A stretch of 64,000 nucleotides of DNA, from positions 217,684,001 through 217,748,000 of the forward strand of contig NC_086097.1 of assembly GCF_963921235.1 (NCBI RefSeq). The letters are read 5' to 3'. Positions 63,230-64,000 of the stretch are shown here, one piece after another (position 1 is the stretch's first letter; the number at the start of each line of letters is the position of its first letter). The DNA is from Mobula hypostoma. Lineage: Eukaryota. The notes beneath the pieces were generated by a model that saw only the letters and a program-made list of their open reading frames with translations, was not told the origin of the DNA and made no database searches. The translations under genes and the position numbers were made by a program.

Positions 63230-64000
63230 AAACAAGAGGAAATCTGCAGATGCTGGAATTTCAAGCAACACACATAAAAGTTGCTGGTGAACGCAGCAGG
63301 CCAGGCAGCATCTCTAGGAAGAGGTACAGTCGAAGTTTCGGGCCGAGACCCTTCGTCAGGACTAACTGAAAGAAGAGCTGGTAAGAGATTTGAAAGTGGG
63401 AGGGGGAGGGGGAGATCCAAAATGATAGGAAAAGACAGGAGGGGGAGGGATGGAGCCAAGAGCTGGACAGTTGATTGTCAAAAAGGATATGAGAGGATCA
63501 TAGGACAGGAGGTCTAGGGAGAAAGAAAGGGGGAGGGGGGAAGCCCAGAGGACGAACAAGGGGTATAGTGAGAGGGACAGAGGGAGAAAAAGGAGAGAGA
63601 AAAAGAATGTGTGTATATAAATAAATAAATAACGGATGGGGTATGAGGGGGAGGTGGGGCATTAGCGGAAGTTAGAGAAGTCAATGTTCATGCCATCCGG
63701 TTAGAGGCTATCCAGACGGAATATAAGGTGTTGTTCCTCCAACCTGAGTGTGGCTTCATCTTTACAGTAGAGGAGGCCATGGATAGACATATCAGAATGG
63801 GAATGGGACGTGGAATTAAAATGTGTGGCCACTGGAAGATCCTGCTTTCTCTGGCAGACAGAGCATAGGTGTTCAGCGAAACGATCTCCCAGTCTGTGTC
63901 AGGTCTCGCCAATATATAGAAGGCCACATCGGGAGCACCAGACGCAGTATATCATCCCAGCCGACTCACAGGTGAAGTGTCGCCTCACCAGAAAGGACTG
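63230..64000 (-). mobile_element. PLE 3' part (GIY-YIG and terminal repeat), running off the window edge
   Basis: Reverse complement of ~1333-2100. Confidence 0.92.
63328..63363 (-). ncRNA. Minimal hammerhead ribozyme motif in a PLE terminal repeat
   Basis: Minus strand AGTC-CTGACGA-AGGGTCTCGGCCC-GAAAC-TTC-GACT. Confidence 0.7.

Overview
This is vertebrate genomic DNA, most likely a cartilaginous fish (shark or ray), inferred from the repeat repertoire: many CR1 LINEs, V-domain SINEs and Penelope-like elements. One protein-coding gene is securely identified: the bHLH factor TCF24 on the minus strand, with coding exons 33935-34339 (or 34363) and 32060-32170. It lies in a transposon-poor, CpG-retaining block of about 10 kb. 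Downstream on the same strand, a CpG island (~20.55-20.88 kb) appears to start a second, unidentified multi-exon transcript with candidate exons at 20553+, 19839-19921, 8066-8111 and 5257-5394/5398. Its predicted leader is packed with short ORFs, three of them linked by ATGA stop/start overlaps, ahead of a possible main start MPLFSEEERK. Most of the rest is transposon-derived: nested CR1s, an internally deleted L1 with a 20-bp TSD, Rex1/Babar, pogo/Tigger, Gypsy and several SINE families. Penelope-like element (PLE) termini carry at least 11 minimal type-I hammerhead ribozyme motifs. These occur singly, as a tandem pair 380 bp apart, and inside inverted-repeat hairpins. All calls are by eye, without database searches, and repeat boundaries are approximate.
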